DNA from: Schleiferiaceae bacterium
GTDB taxonomy: Bacteria; Bacteroidota; Bacteroidia; Flavobacteriales; Schleiferiaceae
Direction: 5' to 3'
Assembly (NCBI GenBank): GCA_022424815.1
Contig: JAKMGS010000001.1
Location: forward strand, 1-44,284
Length of the DNA: 44,284 nucleotides
Shown: piece after piece, positions 27,937-36,010 of the stretch
How positions within the stretch are numbered: position 1 is the stretch's first letter
Layout of the letters: each line of letters begins with the position of its first letter
The notes under the pieces: model-generated
Seen by the model: only the letters and a program-made list of their open reading frames with translations
Databases searched by the model: none
What the model was told of the DNA's origin: nothing
Made by a program: the position numbers and the translations under genes

Positions 27937-28637
27937 TGTCCTCCATTAACGTGTAGGGTTTGACCCGTGGTATACTCGCTGCCCAGCAAATAGCTGATGG
28001 CCTCTACAATCTGTTCGGGACGCCCAAAAGCGTCCATAGGGATGGTTGTTTTTACTTGGGCCAACAACTCCTCAGGCACATCATGCAACATGCCTGCGTT
28101 CATATAACCATAGGCAATGGTGTTAGCTGTGATGCCCTTCTGGGCAAGGTCGATGGCCACACCGCGCATATATCCTTCTACCGCACTCTTCGATGCCGTA
28201 TAAGCACTTGTACCGAAAGAAGGCTTGTGCGCCACCACACTACTGATGGAAATAACTCGCCCGCTCCCTTTGGCGCGCATGTGCATCAAGGCATGCTGGG
28301 TACAGCGTACGGCACTCAAGAAATTAATATCCATTAAGCGCGACATCTCCGCAGCCTCGAGCTTCCACGATGCGGCGGCATGGGCAACACCCGCATTATT
28401 AATGAGTACATCACAACCGCCGTGCTGCTCTACCCACGCAAAAAGCGCCCCTACCTCTTCATCCGAGGTCAAGTCAGCACCAAAGCACTGGCCTTCGATT
28501 CCCTCGCGCTCGCAATGCTCGCGCAAAGAATCCACCGCTCTAGTGGTCAACAACAATCGGTAGCCAAGCTTGGCTAGTTCTGGCAGCATGGCCTTCGCCA
28601 TACCCCCTCCTGCTCCAGTAAGGACTATATTTTTCAT
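27924..28637 (-). CDS. SDR-family oxidoreductase (FabG-like)
   Basis: Contains TGAGGGMA, NNAG and S...YTASK. It forms an ATGA overlap with the upstream gene. Confidence 0.85.
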   Translation of the reverse strand: MKNIVLTGAGGGMAKAMLPELAKLGYRLLLTTRAVDSLREHCEREGIEGQCFGADLTSDEEVGALFAWVEQHGGCDVLINNAGVAHAAASWKLEAAEMSRLMDINFLSAVRCTQHALMHMRAKGSGRVISISSVVAHKPSFGTSAYTASKSAVEGYMRGVAIDLAQKGITANTIAYGYMNAGMLHDVPEELLAQVKTTIPMDAFGRPEQIVEAISYLLGSEYTTGQTLHVNGGQWMP

Positions 28638-29551
28638 GCGCCTTCCGGGGTATACATGGTCACCCCGTTTGTTCTATATTCTTCTAAAAGTACCGATTTA
28701 AACAGAGATGCATCCACCAACAAACTTGGCGCCTCTCCGATACGAACGTGCTTCAACGCACCTTTGGCTTCCAATAACGGGATAAGTCCATCGCACTTGC
28801 GCTGGGCACTGACCGCCGGATTGTGCAATTTCGTCACCACATTCACCTTACGCCCTCCGACCAATACCACGGGGAAGGTCCTACTCTCCGGCAAATACAC
28901 GGGGAACGAAAAACCCTTCCAACCAATGGTATCTTCCACTGCATGCAAGCTCGTACCGCTATTGATCAGCGTGGTCCCGATGTACAACAACTGCCCGCCC
29001 GAAGCGAGGTGTTTGGTCCATGGGCTTTGCGGCCCATAGGGAGTCCCGTCGGTATGGTGACCGGTGGTATACCACTGTGCCTTTGGCCCTTTAACAGCTA
29101 CGGGTTCGAGCGGATGCGCCGATCTTGCGTCAGCCACTTCTCGGCGGAAATATTCGGTTATGGTCCCCATCTTGCTCGGGGTCTCTGCGACGCTAAAGGC
29201 CGTTTGTGGGTGCTCCGCTTGCAAGGTAATGACCGGGCTTGAGGGCATCAACAAATGCGCCTCTTCTCCCACAAGCTCCAACAAGGCTGCAACCACCGTG
29301 GCGGGACCACCTTCTACATATCCAATGGAGCTCATAGCGCTATGCACTAACAAATCTGTACCCGGCGCCACGCCAGCGGCCTTGAGGCTTTCCACGAGTG
29401 ATGCTTTGGTCCACACATCTCCCGCAGCTTTACGGGCTGCCAAGTCCTTGCGAACCTTGGCTTTTTTACGGTTTCTGTTCCATTGCAGCAGCGGCTGAGG
29501 AACCAGTGATCGAAGTATATCTTTAGCGCTCATGCTTTGCGTTCCATTCAT
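28634..29551 (-). CDS. AAC(3)-family N-acetyltransferase (aminoglycoside 3-N-acetyltransferase fold)
   Basis: DLLVHSAMSSIGYVEGGPATVVAALLELVGEEAHLLMP matches the conserved N-terminal core of the AAC(3) family. The start could instead be M7 at 29533. Confidence 0.7.
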   Translation of the reverse strand: MNGTQSMSAKDILRSLVPQPLLQWNRNRKKAKVRKDLAARKAAGDVWTKASLVESLKAAGVAPGTDLLVHSAMSSIGYVEGGPATVVAALLELVGEEAHLLMPSSPVITLQAEHPQTAFSVAETPSKMGTITEYFRREVADARSAHPLEPVAVKGPKAQWYTTGHHTDGTPYGPQSPWTKHLASGGQLLYIGTTLINSGTSLHAVEDTIGWKGFSFPVYLPESRTFPVVLVGGRKVNVVTKLHNPAVSAQRKCDGLIPLLEAKGALKHVRIGEAPSLLVDASLFKSVLLEEYRTNGVTMYTPEGA

Positions 29552-30716
29552 TTAGTAACGTATCCACTAAGTATTTGGTGGCCCAATTCGGTAATCCAAA
29601 ACTCTCATACCTCCCCCACATAGGGTAAGAACCCGGTAAGGCTCCGCCCACGTCCATCGAGGCACGTGCCCCACTGGTCGCCACGACCGAAAGCAACGTA
29701 TTCATTGTATCGCGTGCCTCCAGAGCCCAAGGCGCTCTAATCTTATGCCACAAAATGGCAAGTTGTGCTCCTCCTGTAGGAATAAAAGCTTCCGAGCCCC
29801 GCCACTGGGCATCATAGCGCCCGTGTAAGATCCCCTCCGCAAGGAATCGCTTGGCAAGTACCTCAGCGCCACCAATGGACGCATCTATATAACGTTGTTC
29901 TCCCAACCGTTGACCTGCATCAAAAAGGCCATCTAGGGTGTAGGCGATGGTATGGATGATGGGGCGATCGTTTTTATGTAAGGTATTATCACAATTCGCC
30001 AACCAATAGTGCTCGTTTTGCTGGGTTAGGACCCAATTCAAATGGTGGTGGCTATGGGCTTCCCAAGCATCACGGCATTCAGGAAATTCCGGCAACCAGT
30101 CCAAAATGGGTGCAACGACATAAGTACCGTACACCCGCACGGCGCCCATGAAATCATTGGTGGAAAACTGCCCTTGATCGTCGAGCTGGTCCCAGATCCA
30201 ATCAATGGCGCGTTTGGCCGCCTCCGCATACGCGCGATCCCCCGTATGGCGGTACAGCGGCAATAGCCCGCGCAAGATTTGTCCGGTATTAAAGACTACT
30301 GAAGGGCGCTGCTGATGCACATACCCGCCTGGCCATCCTCCATCTTCGTGTTGGATGCTCAGCAGCCATTGCCCCGCGTCCTCAGACGCAGCGCGAGCCT
30401 CTCGGGCCCAAGGAAAATTTGATTCCGTACTGTAGCGCAGCAGCGTATCGATGATGTACCCGGTGGTCTCTGGATAGGAAGAGGTCCAACCGCTGTGGTG
30501 GTAATAAGTCCCCGACCCGCGATCTGCCCCGCTATTGATGCTGTGGATGAGCCAACGCACAGCGTGGTGCATGGAGCGCTCCTTATCCGCTTCGCTATGG
30601 TGTTTGAGGTAGGATTTTAGGTACAAGCGATTGTTCCATTCAGCGAATAAATACCGCCAATGATCGTACTTTCCCAAAAACGAATGCCAACGTCGGACAT
30701 ACGCTGCTACTCCCAT
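29523..30716 (-). CDS. prenyltransferase/squalene-cyclase-repeat (alpha/alpha toroid) protein
   Basis: Has a QW-type repeat, AGQWLLSIQHEDGGWPGG, plus further aromatic/Gly-rich helical-hairpin-like blocks. The fold assignment is tentative and the function is unknown. Confidence 0.45.
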   Translation of the reverse strand: MGVAAYVRRWHSFLGKYDHWRYLFAEWNNRLYLKSYLKHHSEADKERSMHHAVRWLIHSINSGADRGSGTYYHHSGWTSSYPETTGYIIDTLLRYSTESNFPWAREARAASEDAGQWLLSIQHEDGGWPGGYVHQQRPSVVFNTGQILRGLLPLYRHTGDRAYAEAAKRAIDWIWDQLDDQGQFSTNDFMGAVRVYGTYVVAPILDWLPEFPECRDAWEAHSHHHLNWVLTQQNEHYWLANCDNTLHKNDRPIIHTIAYTLDGLFDAGQRLGEQRYIDASIGGAEVLAKRFLAEGILHGRYDAQWRGSEAFIPTGGAQLAILWHKIRAPWALEARDTMNTLLSVVATSGARASMDVGGALPGSYPMWGRYESFGLPNWATKYLVDTLLNEWNAKHER

Positions 30717-31351
30717 TACAACAATCCTTGATCTGAAAAGCTAAAGTAGCCACTACGCGCCACAATTAAGTGGTCCAAGAGCTTGATATCTAAAGTATCT
30801 GCCGCGGCACTCAACTTTCTTGTCATGCGTTTGTCATTTTCACTGGGAGCCAAGGCCCCACTGGGGTGATTGTGGGCCACGATGATGGCGGTAGCATTCC
30901 AATGCAAGGCGCGTTTGAGGATAAGCCGAACGTCGGTCAAGGTACCCGTTAAGCCGCCTTTGAATAGTTGGTGACAGGCCAGCGGCGCATGGGCTCTATT
31001 GAGGTAGAGGACGTGGAATTCTTCGTGGGCTGGGAATTCGAGGTGCTTAAAGTGGGCGTAGGCATCTTGGCTTTTCCGGATGGCGTGCTCCATAGGCTTG
31101 GGGGTGCTCCAGGCTTGGTGTAGTGCGAGTACGGCCATGATTTGCTTCGCTTTTTTGGGGCCAATTCCCTTAATCTCCCGCAGCGCATCTTCGTCCATCT
31201 GCAGGATCCGATTAAAGTCGAGAAAATACTCGTTCAACGCTTGCTCCAGCTCTTCCACACTTTGGTAGCGTGCCCCACCGTTGAGGATGTAGCTCATGAG
31301 TTTGGCCGTAGACCATTGCTGGGTCGTTTCATAAAAGGATTGTTTTTCCAT
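30716..31351 (-). CDS. radC: RadC-family JAB-domain protein (UPF0758)
   Basis: Has an N-terminal helix-hairpin-helix (EIKGIGPKKAKQIMAV) and the JAMM motif HNHPSGALAPSENDKRMT. Confidence 0.9.
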   Translation of the reverse strand: MEKQSFYETTQQWSTAKLMSYILNGGARYQSVEELEQALNEYFLDFNRILQMDEDALREIKGIGPKKAKQIMAVLALHQAWSTPKPMEHAIRKSQDAYAHFKHLEFPAHEEFHVLYLNRAHAPLACHQLFKGGLTGTLTDVRLILKRALHWNATAIIVAHNHPSGALAPSENDKRMTRKLSAAADTLDIKLLDHLIVARSGYFSFSDQGLL

Positions 31352-31370
31352 GGGGTTGAATTTTGATAAG

Positions 31371-31396
31371 GGGTTTCTAATAAATTAATTGGACCC
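31371..31396 (-). promoter_or_regulatory. near-palindromic element GGGTCCAATTAATTTATTAGAAACCC in the radC / glycosyltransferase divergent spacer
   Basis: The plus strand reads GGGTTTCTAATAAATTAATTGGACCC, against GGGTTTCCAAATAAATTGGACCC at 23016-23038. It lies 19 nt upstream of the radC ATG and 25-50 nt upstream of the GT GTG start. Confidence 0.5.
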
Positions 31397-31420
31397 AAAG
31401 AATTATCCTACTTTTAACTC

Positions 31421-32500
31421 GTGAAGATTGCTGTTCTAGGATCAAGAGGAATTCCCAACCGCTACGGCGGCTTCGAAGAGATGGCTGCCCAAGTCGCCCC
31501 ACTGTGGGTCAAGGCGGGCCATGAGGTCGTCGTCTACACTACCAGCGACCATCCCGATAAGGTGGAAGAAGTGGCCGGCGCGCGCATCAAGTACATATTC
31601 AATCCCGAGAGCACTTTCGGACTCGCGGGCCAATTCATCTACGACCTGCTCTGCATCCTCGACGCACGACGCGAAGGTTTTGACATTTACTTGCAGCTGG
31701 GCTACACCACTTCAGGCATCTGGTCCTTCCTGTGGCCGAAGAAAAAAACCATGACCAACATGGACGGGTTGGAACACCAAAGGGCCAAATACAAGGGTCC
31801 GTTGTCGATATTCTTGCGATGGTCGGAGCGCAGGGCGGCCAAACGTTCACAACTTTTAGTTGCTGACAACCCGGAGATCGCCCGCTACCTCGCCAAATAC
31901 AACAAGCCTACCCAAACCATCGCCTACGGCAGCCACGTGGTGGAGGCGTCCGAAAACGCCGCGCAGATCTTACAGGAAGCCGGCCTTCCGACCCACAACT
32001 TCCACGTTAATATTGGCCGTATACAACCAGATAACCACGTTTGGGAGATTCTTGCGGCCGCGGAAGAAAGCGGTGAAACTGTAGTGGCTATTGGAGACTA
32101 TAGCACGAGGTATGGACGGAAGCTGCGCAAAATTTTCGATGCGAAGAACCTCCATTTCCCTGGGACTATTTACGATAAAACGGTCTTGAATGCCCTGCGC
32201 ACTCAAGCGGTGTTTTACCTACATGGACACAGTGTAGGCGGTACCAACCCTGCATTGCTTGAGGCAATGGGATGTGGCGCCATGGTCTTGGCACACAACA
32301 ATCCTTTTAACGCGAGTGTCTTGGGAGGGCTGGGCGCCTTATGGTCGGATGAAGAAGAACTCAAGGAATTATTGAAGCAGCGTCCCTCAGCCGACGTGAA
32401 GGCAGAACAAGCTGAAATCTCTAAGGGGCGGGTGAAGGACTATTTTAATTGGTCCCAGATCGCAAATCAGTACCTCGAGGCCATGGCCGGCCTACAATAA
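31421..32500 (+). CDS. GT4-family glycosyltransferase with a DUF1972-type N-terminus
   Basis: MKIAVLGSRGIPNRYGGFEEMA is the DUF1972 signature, and the C-terminal GT1/GT4 block is GHSVGGTNPALLEAMGCG. It has a GTG start. Confidence 0.8.
   Translation: MKIAVLGSRGIPNRYGGFEEMAAQVAPLWVKAGHEVVVYTTSDHPDKVEEVAGARIKYIFNPESTFGLAGQFIYDLLCILDARREGFDIYLQLGYTTSGIWSFLWPKKKTMTNMDGLEHQRAKYKGPLSIFLRWSERRAAKRSQLLVADNPEIARYLAKYNKPTQTIAYGSHVVEASENAAQILQEAGLPTHNFHVNIGRIQPDNHVWEILAAAEESGETVVAIGDYSTRYGRKLRKIFDAKNLHFPGTIYDKTVLNALRTQAVFYLHGHSVGGTNPALLEAMGCGAMVLAHNNPFNASVLGGLGALWSDEEELKELLKQRPSADVKAEQAEISKGRVKDYFNWSQIANQYLEAMAGLQ
32447..32456 (-). repeat. GGGACCAATT motif copy (in the glycosyltransferase gene, antisense; sense reads N-W-S)
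   Basis: Exact 10-mer read directly. Confidence 0.9.
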
Positions 32501-32529
32501 AAAAAGCCCCACCAAAACTGGCAGGGCTT
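32498..32529 (-). terminator. probable terminator for queA, between convergent genes
   Basis: On the minus strand, AGCCC-TG-CCA GTTT TGG-TG-GGGCT forms a hairpin followed by T7 (plus-strand A-run 32499-32505). Confidence 0.55.
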
Positions 32530-32550
32530 CCTCAAATAAATCTTAACGGA

Positions 32551-33606
32551 TTAGATGATCAGCATTGCATCACCGAAGGCCAAGAAGCGGTACTTCTCTT
32601 TGATGGCTTCGTTGATGGCATGCATGGCCAATTCGTGACCGACCATCGCACTGTTCATCATCAATAAGGTCGAACCTGGAGGGTGGAAATTCGTGATCAT
32701 TGAATCCGGAATCTGAATCTCGTAGGGAGGGAAGATGAATTTATTCGTCCATCCCGTATTTCCAGTAACACGGCCTCCTGTAGTCAACGAGCTTTCCAAT
32801 GTGCGAACCGTTGTGGTACCTACGGCGCATACACGACGCTTGTTAGACAATGCTTGGTTTACTACATCAGCAGTAGATTGCGGCATAAAATATTGTTCAC
32901 TATCCATTTTATGCTTGCTCAAATCTTCCACCTCTACCGGACGGAACGTGCCTAGTCCTACGTGGTGGGTCAATTCTGGCAACTGTACACCTTTAATCTC
33001 CAAACGTCTCAGCAAGTGCTTCGAGAAGTGCAATCCCGCCACTGGAGCAGCGACAGCACCTTCCTCTTTCGCAAAGATGGTTTGGTAACGCTCGGCATCT
33101 TCCTCAGTGGGCTCACGGTTGATGTATTTCGGAAGTGGGGTCTCTCCCATTTCTTTGAGCTTGTTACGGAATTCTTCGTACGAACCGTCGAACAAGAAGC
33201 GAAGCGTACGTCCACGAGAAGTAGTATTATCAATGACCTCAGCCACCAACGTATCGTCCTCGCCGAAGTAAAGTTTGTTCCCTATTCTGATTTTACGTGC
33301 AGGATCCACCAATACGTCCCACAATCTGCTCTCTGAATTGAGTTCGCGGAGCAAAAACACCTCGATGCGCGCACCGGTCTTCTCTTTATTCCCCCACATG
33401 CGTGCAGGGAATACTTTGGTGTTGTTCATTACCATCACATCGCCGTCCTCGAAATAATCGATGACCTGGTGGAAATGTTTGTGCTCGATTTCGCCGGTGT
33501 CCTTGTGCAATACCATCAAGCGGCTGTCGTCGCGATGTAGAGTGGGTTCTTGAGCGATGAGCTCCTTAGGCAGCTCATAGTCAAAGTGAGAGAGTTTCAT
33601 TTTCAT
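32551..33606 (-). CDS. queA: S-adenosylmethionine:tRNA ribosyltransferase-isomerase
   Basis: The N-terminus [17 protein letters not shown] and the C-terminal block [12 protein letters not shown] are QueA signatures. Confidence 0.92.
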   Translation of the reverse strand: MKMKLSHFDYELPKELIAQEPTLHRDDSRLMVLHKDTGEIEHKHFHQVIDYFEDGDVMVMNNTKVFPARMWGNKEKTGARIEVFLLRELNSESRLWDVLVDPARKIRIGNKLYFGEDDTLVAEVIDNTTSRGRTLRFLFDGSYEEFRNKLKEMGETPLPKYINREPTEEDAERYQTIFAKEEGAVAAPVAGLHFSKHLLRRLEIKGVQLPELTHHVGLGTFRPVEVEDLSKHKMDSEQYFMPQSTADVVNQALSNKRRVCAVGTTTVRTLESSLTTGGRVTGNTGWTNKFIFPPYEIQIPDSMITNFHPPGSTLLMMNSAMVGHELAMHAINEAIKEKYRFLAFGDAMLII

Positions 33607-33642
33607 AGCTTACGGGCTTTGAAATTTATAATAAGAAAAGTA

Positions 33643-33674
33643 CAAAGGTACGATTTCGGCACCCCCCTTGTCAA
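33643..33674 (-). promoter_or_regulatory. candidate queA promoter (TTG-N21-TACCTTTG)
   Basis: On the minus strand, TACCTTTG (33650-33643) lies about 37 nt upstream of the ATG, with TTG at 33674-33672. Confidence 0.4.
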
Positions 33675-33773
33675 GTTTTTAATAAACCAATTGACTTTGA
33701 ACCTTACAGTTCCGACATTTGTTATATCTACCCGCCACGGAATTGGTTCCTAAAACTTTTTAGCGCAAAAACA

Positions 33774-34496
33774 ATGGGAGTTAATCTACTCGAAAAGCTT
33801 AGTGATATCCGCGCGAAAAACGCGCAACCCTCGAACACAGAAGTGTTGGAAGGTTTCAAGGCCCTGCTGAACCAACCCAATGAAGGCGAACGTATTCTGC
33901 GTAACCTTTTTAAGTCTGATGGTAGCGAGGAGCACTTGGACTTTGATACATTGGAGGTCAATCGCATTTATCACATTGAGGACATCAAAAAACTGTGTAT
34001 TGATTACCGTTTAAGGTTCTTGGACTCTAAACACTTCAACGGCACCTTCCCTTCGGAAGCCATTGACGCCATCAAAGATTTCGAGGCCAAGCAAGGCAAA
34101 GAAATCAAAGGTTTTAAAATGATTGCACCGGCGGGGATGTTCAAGCTGGCTGAAAAAGACAAAGATCCTATCCTAATGGTACCTATGGGCAACGGTTATT
34201 ACTACCAGCTCGCCCAGTGGGGCAATGATCTACATTTTTTGCGCAAAATCTTGGTTTATCCGTTCCGAAATTTCGAAACGATCATGAAAACCGTATTTGT
34301 ATTTTCCGCACTCACGGCACTATTGTTCCCAGAGAGTATGATGCGCGGTCCTAAAGATACCGGTACCATAATGCACATTCGTGTGATTTTCTTCTTCTGG
34401 ATGGTCTTCGCCACGAGCGCCATGACGGCCTTGTACGGCTTCAGCCGCGTGAAGAATTTCAGTTCAAATTTATGGAAGAGCCGTTTCCTAGACTAG
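33774..34496 (+). CDS. hypothetical membrane protein (soluble N-domain plus two C-terminal TM helices)
   Basis: Coding-like ORF with hydrophobic segments VFVFSALTALLF and VIFFFWMVFATSAMTALYGF. I recognise no family motif. Confidence 0.55.
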   Translation: MGVNLLEKLSDIRAKNAQPSNTEVLEGFKALLNQPNEGERILRNLFKSDGSEEHLDFDTLEVNRIYHIEDIKKLCIDYRLRFLDSKHFNGTFPSEAIDAIKDFEAKQGKEIKGFKMIAPAGMFKLAEKDKDPILMVPMGNGYYYQLAQWGNDLHFLRKILVYPFRNFETIMKTVFVFSALTALLFPESMMRGPKDTGTIMHIRVIFFFWMVFATSAMTALYGFSRVKNFSSNLWKSRFLD

Positions 34497-35197
34497 GCGG
34501 AAGCGACTTCATCGAAAAAATATTGGGCCCACTCGTTGGGCCCTTTTCCGTTTGAGGCTTCGTAGGGTCCAATTTTAGTACGCCGTAACCCTACCAAATG
34601 TCCTCCACTATTCAAAGCTTTGCCAATATCATGAGCCAAGGAACGGATGTACGTGCCCTTGCTGCAGAGGACTCGCAGTTCTAATAATTGGTCCGTATAA
34701 CTAAGAATTTCTAATTCATGAATGACCACTTGACGCGGCGCCATAATTATTTCCTCACCCGCACGAGCCTTTTCGTAGGCACGAACGCCGTCCTTCTTGA
34801 TGGCAGAAAAGATCGGCGGCACTTGTGAAATCTCACCGGTAAACGCTTTCAGCGCCTCCTCTATGGTTTCTTGATTGATATGATCCGTTGGAAATTCTGC
34901 ATCGATAGCACTCTCCAAATCATAGGATGGCGTCGTTGCACCAAGCTTCACTTGTGCCACATATTCCTTAGGCAGCCCCATGAAATCTGAAATCTCCTTG
35001 GTCTTCTTTCCCACACAAATAATGAGTAGGCCTGTGGCCAACGGATCTAGGGTTCCAGCATGACCCACTTTTAGCTTTTTCTTTCCGGTGACTTTTTGAA
35101 GGGCGTACTTGATTTTAGCGACCGCGTGATAGCTCGTCCACTCTAAAGGCTTATCGACCAATAGCACTTGGCCAGAAACGATATCCTCTACGGTCAA
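34493..35197 (-). CDS. truB: tRNA pseudouridine(55) synthase
   Basis: Contains LLVDKPLEWTS and the catalytic block GHAGTLDPLATGLL. The probable start is TTG at 35197, forming a TTGA overlap with the uppP stop. The longer ORF-track N-terminus overlaps uppP by about 100 nt. Confidence 0.85.
   Translation of the reverse strand: MTVEDIVSGQVLLVDKPLEWTSYHAVAKIKYALQKVTGKKKLKVGHAGTLDPLATGLLIICVGKKTKEISDFMGLPKEYVAQVKLGATTPSYDLESAIDAEFPTDHINQETIEEALKAFTGEISQVPPIFSAIKKDGVRAYEKARAGEEIIMAPRQVVIHELEILSYTDQLLELRVLCSKGTYIRSLAHDIGKALNSGGHLVGLRRTKIGPYEASNGKGPNEWAQYFFDEVASA
34565..34574 (+). repeat. GGGTCCAATT motif copy (in truB, antisense; sense reads I-G-P)
   Basis: Exact 10-mer read directly. Confidence 0.9.
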
Positions 35198-36000
35198 AAC
35201 CCAAAGAATTGGCTCAGTAAAACGATGGCAGCGATGCCGAAACAGTAATAACTGAAGTACTTCAATTTGGCACGACGCACCAAGGCAATCATCCACTTAC
35301 AAGCAAAAACGCCGCTCACAAAAGCTGCCAATAACCCTAACATTAAACTAGTGATTTCTACATCAGCTCCCGCAGCCTGTCCTGCGATTATATCTTTGGT
35401 ATCTAGTAAGGTTTTACCCAGAATGATTGGCAAGACCATTAAAAAAGAAAATTGTGCGGCCTTACTTCGATCTATTCCCAGCAACACTGAAGTACTAATT
35501 GTGGCACCGGAGCGACTTACACCCGGCAAAATGGCTATGGCTTGTGCCAATCCGACAACAAATGCATCTAGGGCGAATACTGATTTTGTGGTTTCCTTCG
35601 AGCGATCAGCAAGGAACAATAGGATACCCGTCAATACAAGCATGGCACCCACAAGCAATAATTGGCCTTCGAATAATGATGCAATTTGATCTTCAAAAGC
35701 TAAACCTATGAATGCTGCGGGGATCATTGAAACGATAATGTAAGATGTAAACTTAGTCTCGTCGTTCCATTTAAACTCAAGCAATCCTGCAATCAATCGA
35801 CCTATATCCTTTCTAAATACAACTATGGTACTGAGGGCTGTTCCGGCATGAACAACTACATCAAAGGTTAAACTTTCTCCTCCCGACATGTTTAGGTCAA
35901 AGAGGTGTTTTCCTATTTCTAAATGGCCTGAACTACTGACCGGTAAGAATTCCGTAATTCCTTGAATAAGACCTAAGATCATGGCCTGGATAGCTGTCAT
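35194..36000 (-). CDS. uppP: undecaprenyl-diphosphate phosphatase
   Basis: BacA/UppP motifs are present (QGITEFLPVSSSGHL, PGVSRSGATI). Confidence 0.9.
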   Translation of the reverse strand: MTAIQAMILGLIQGITEFLPVSSSGHLEIGKHLFDLNMSGGESLTFDVVVHAGTALSTIVVFRKDIGRLIAGLLEFKWNDETKFTSYIIVSMIPAAFIGLAFEDQIASLFEGQLLLVGAMLVLTGILLFLADRSKETTKSVFALDAFVVGLAQAIAILPGVSRSGATISTSVLLGIDRSKAAQFSFLMVLPIILGKTLLDTKDIIAGQAAGADVEITSLMLGLLAAFVSGVFACKWMIALVRRAKLKYFSYYCFGIAAIVLLSQFFGF

Positions 36001-36010
36001 AAAGGAAACT

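Noticed and set aside
28634-29551. The AAC(3)-family gene as an aminoglycoside-resistance determinant
   Set aside because: It is embedded by overlapping start and stop codons in a chromosomal biosynthetic-looking operon, with no mobile-element context. A role in acetylating an endogenous amino sugar is more plausible, and resistance cannot be inferred from sequence alone.
30716-31351. radC as a marker of a prophage, defence island or toxin-antitoxin module
   Set aside because: It has the canonical chromosomal HhH + JAB architecture. No integrase, phage, antitoxin or restriction genes lie nearby, and the flanks are housekeeping.
34531-34556. Direct repeat TTGGGCCC-N6-TTGGGCCC near the truB 3' end
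   Set aside because: There are only two short copies inside coding sequence (WAQ..NEWAQ region). I saw no further copies, so it is compatible with chance.
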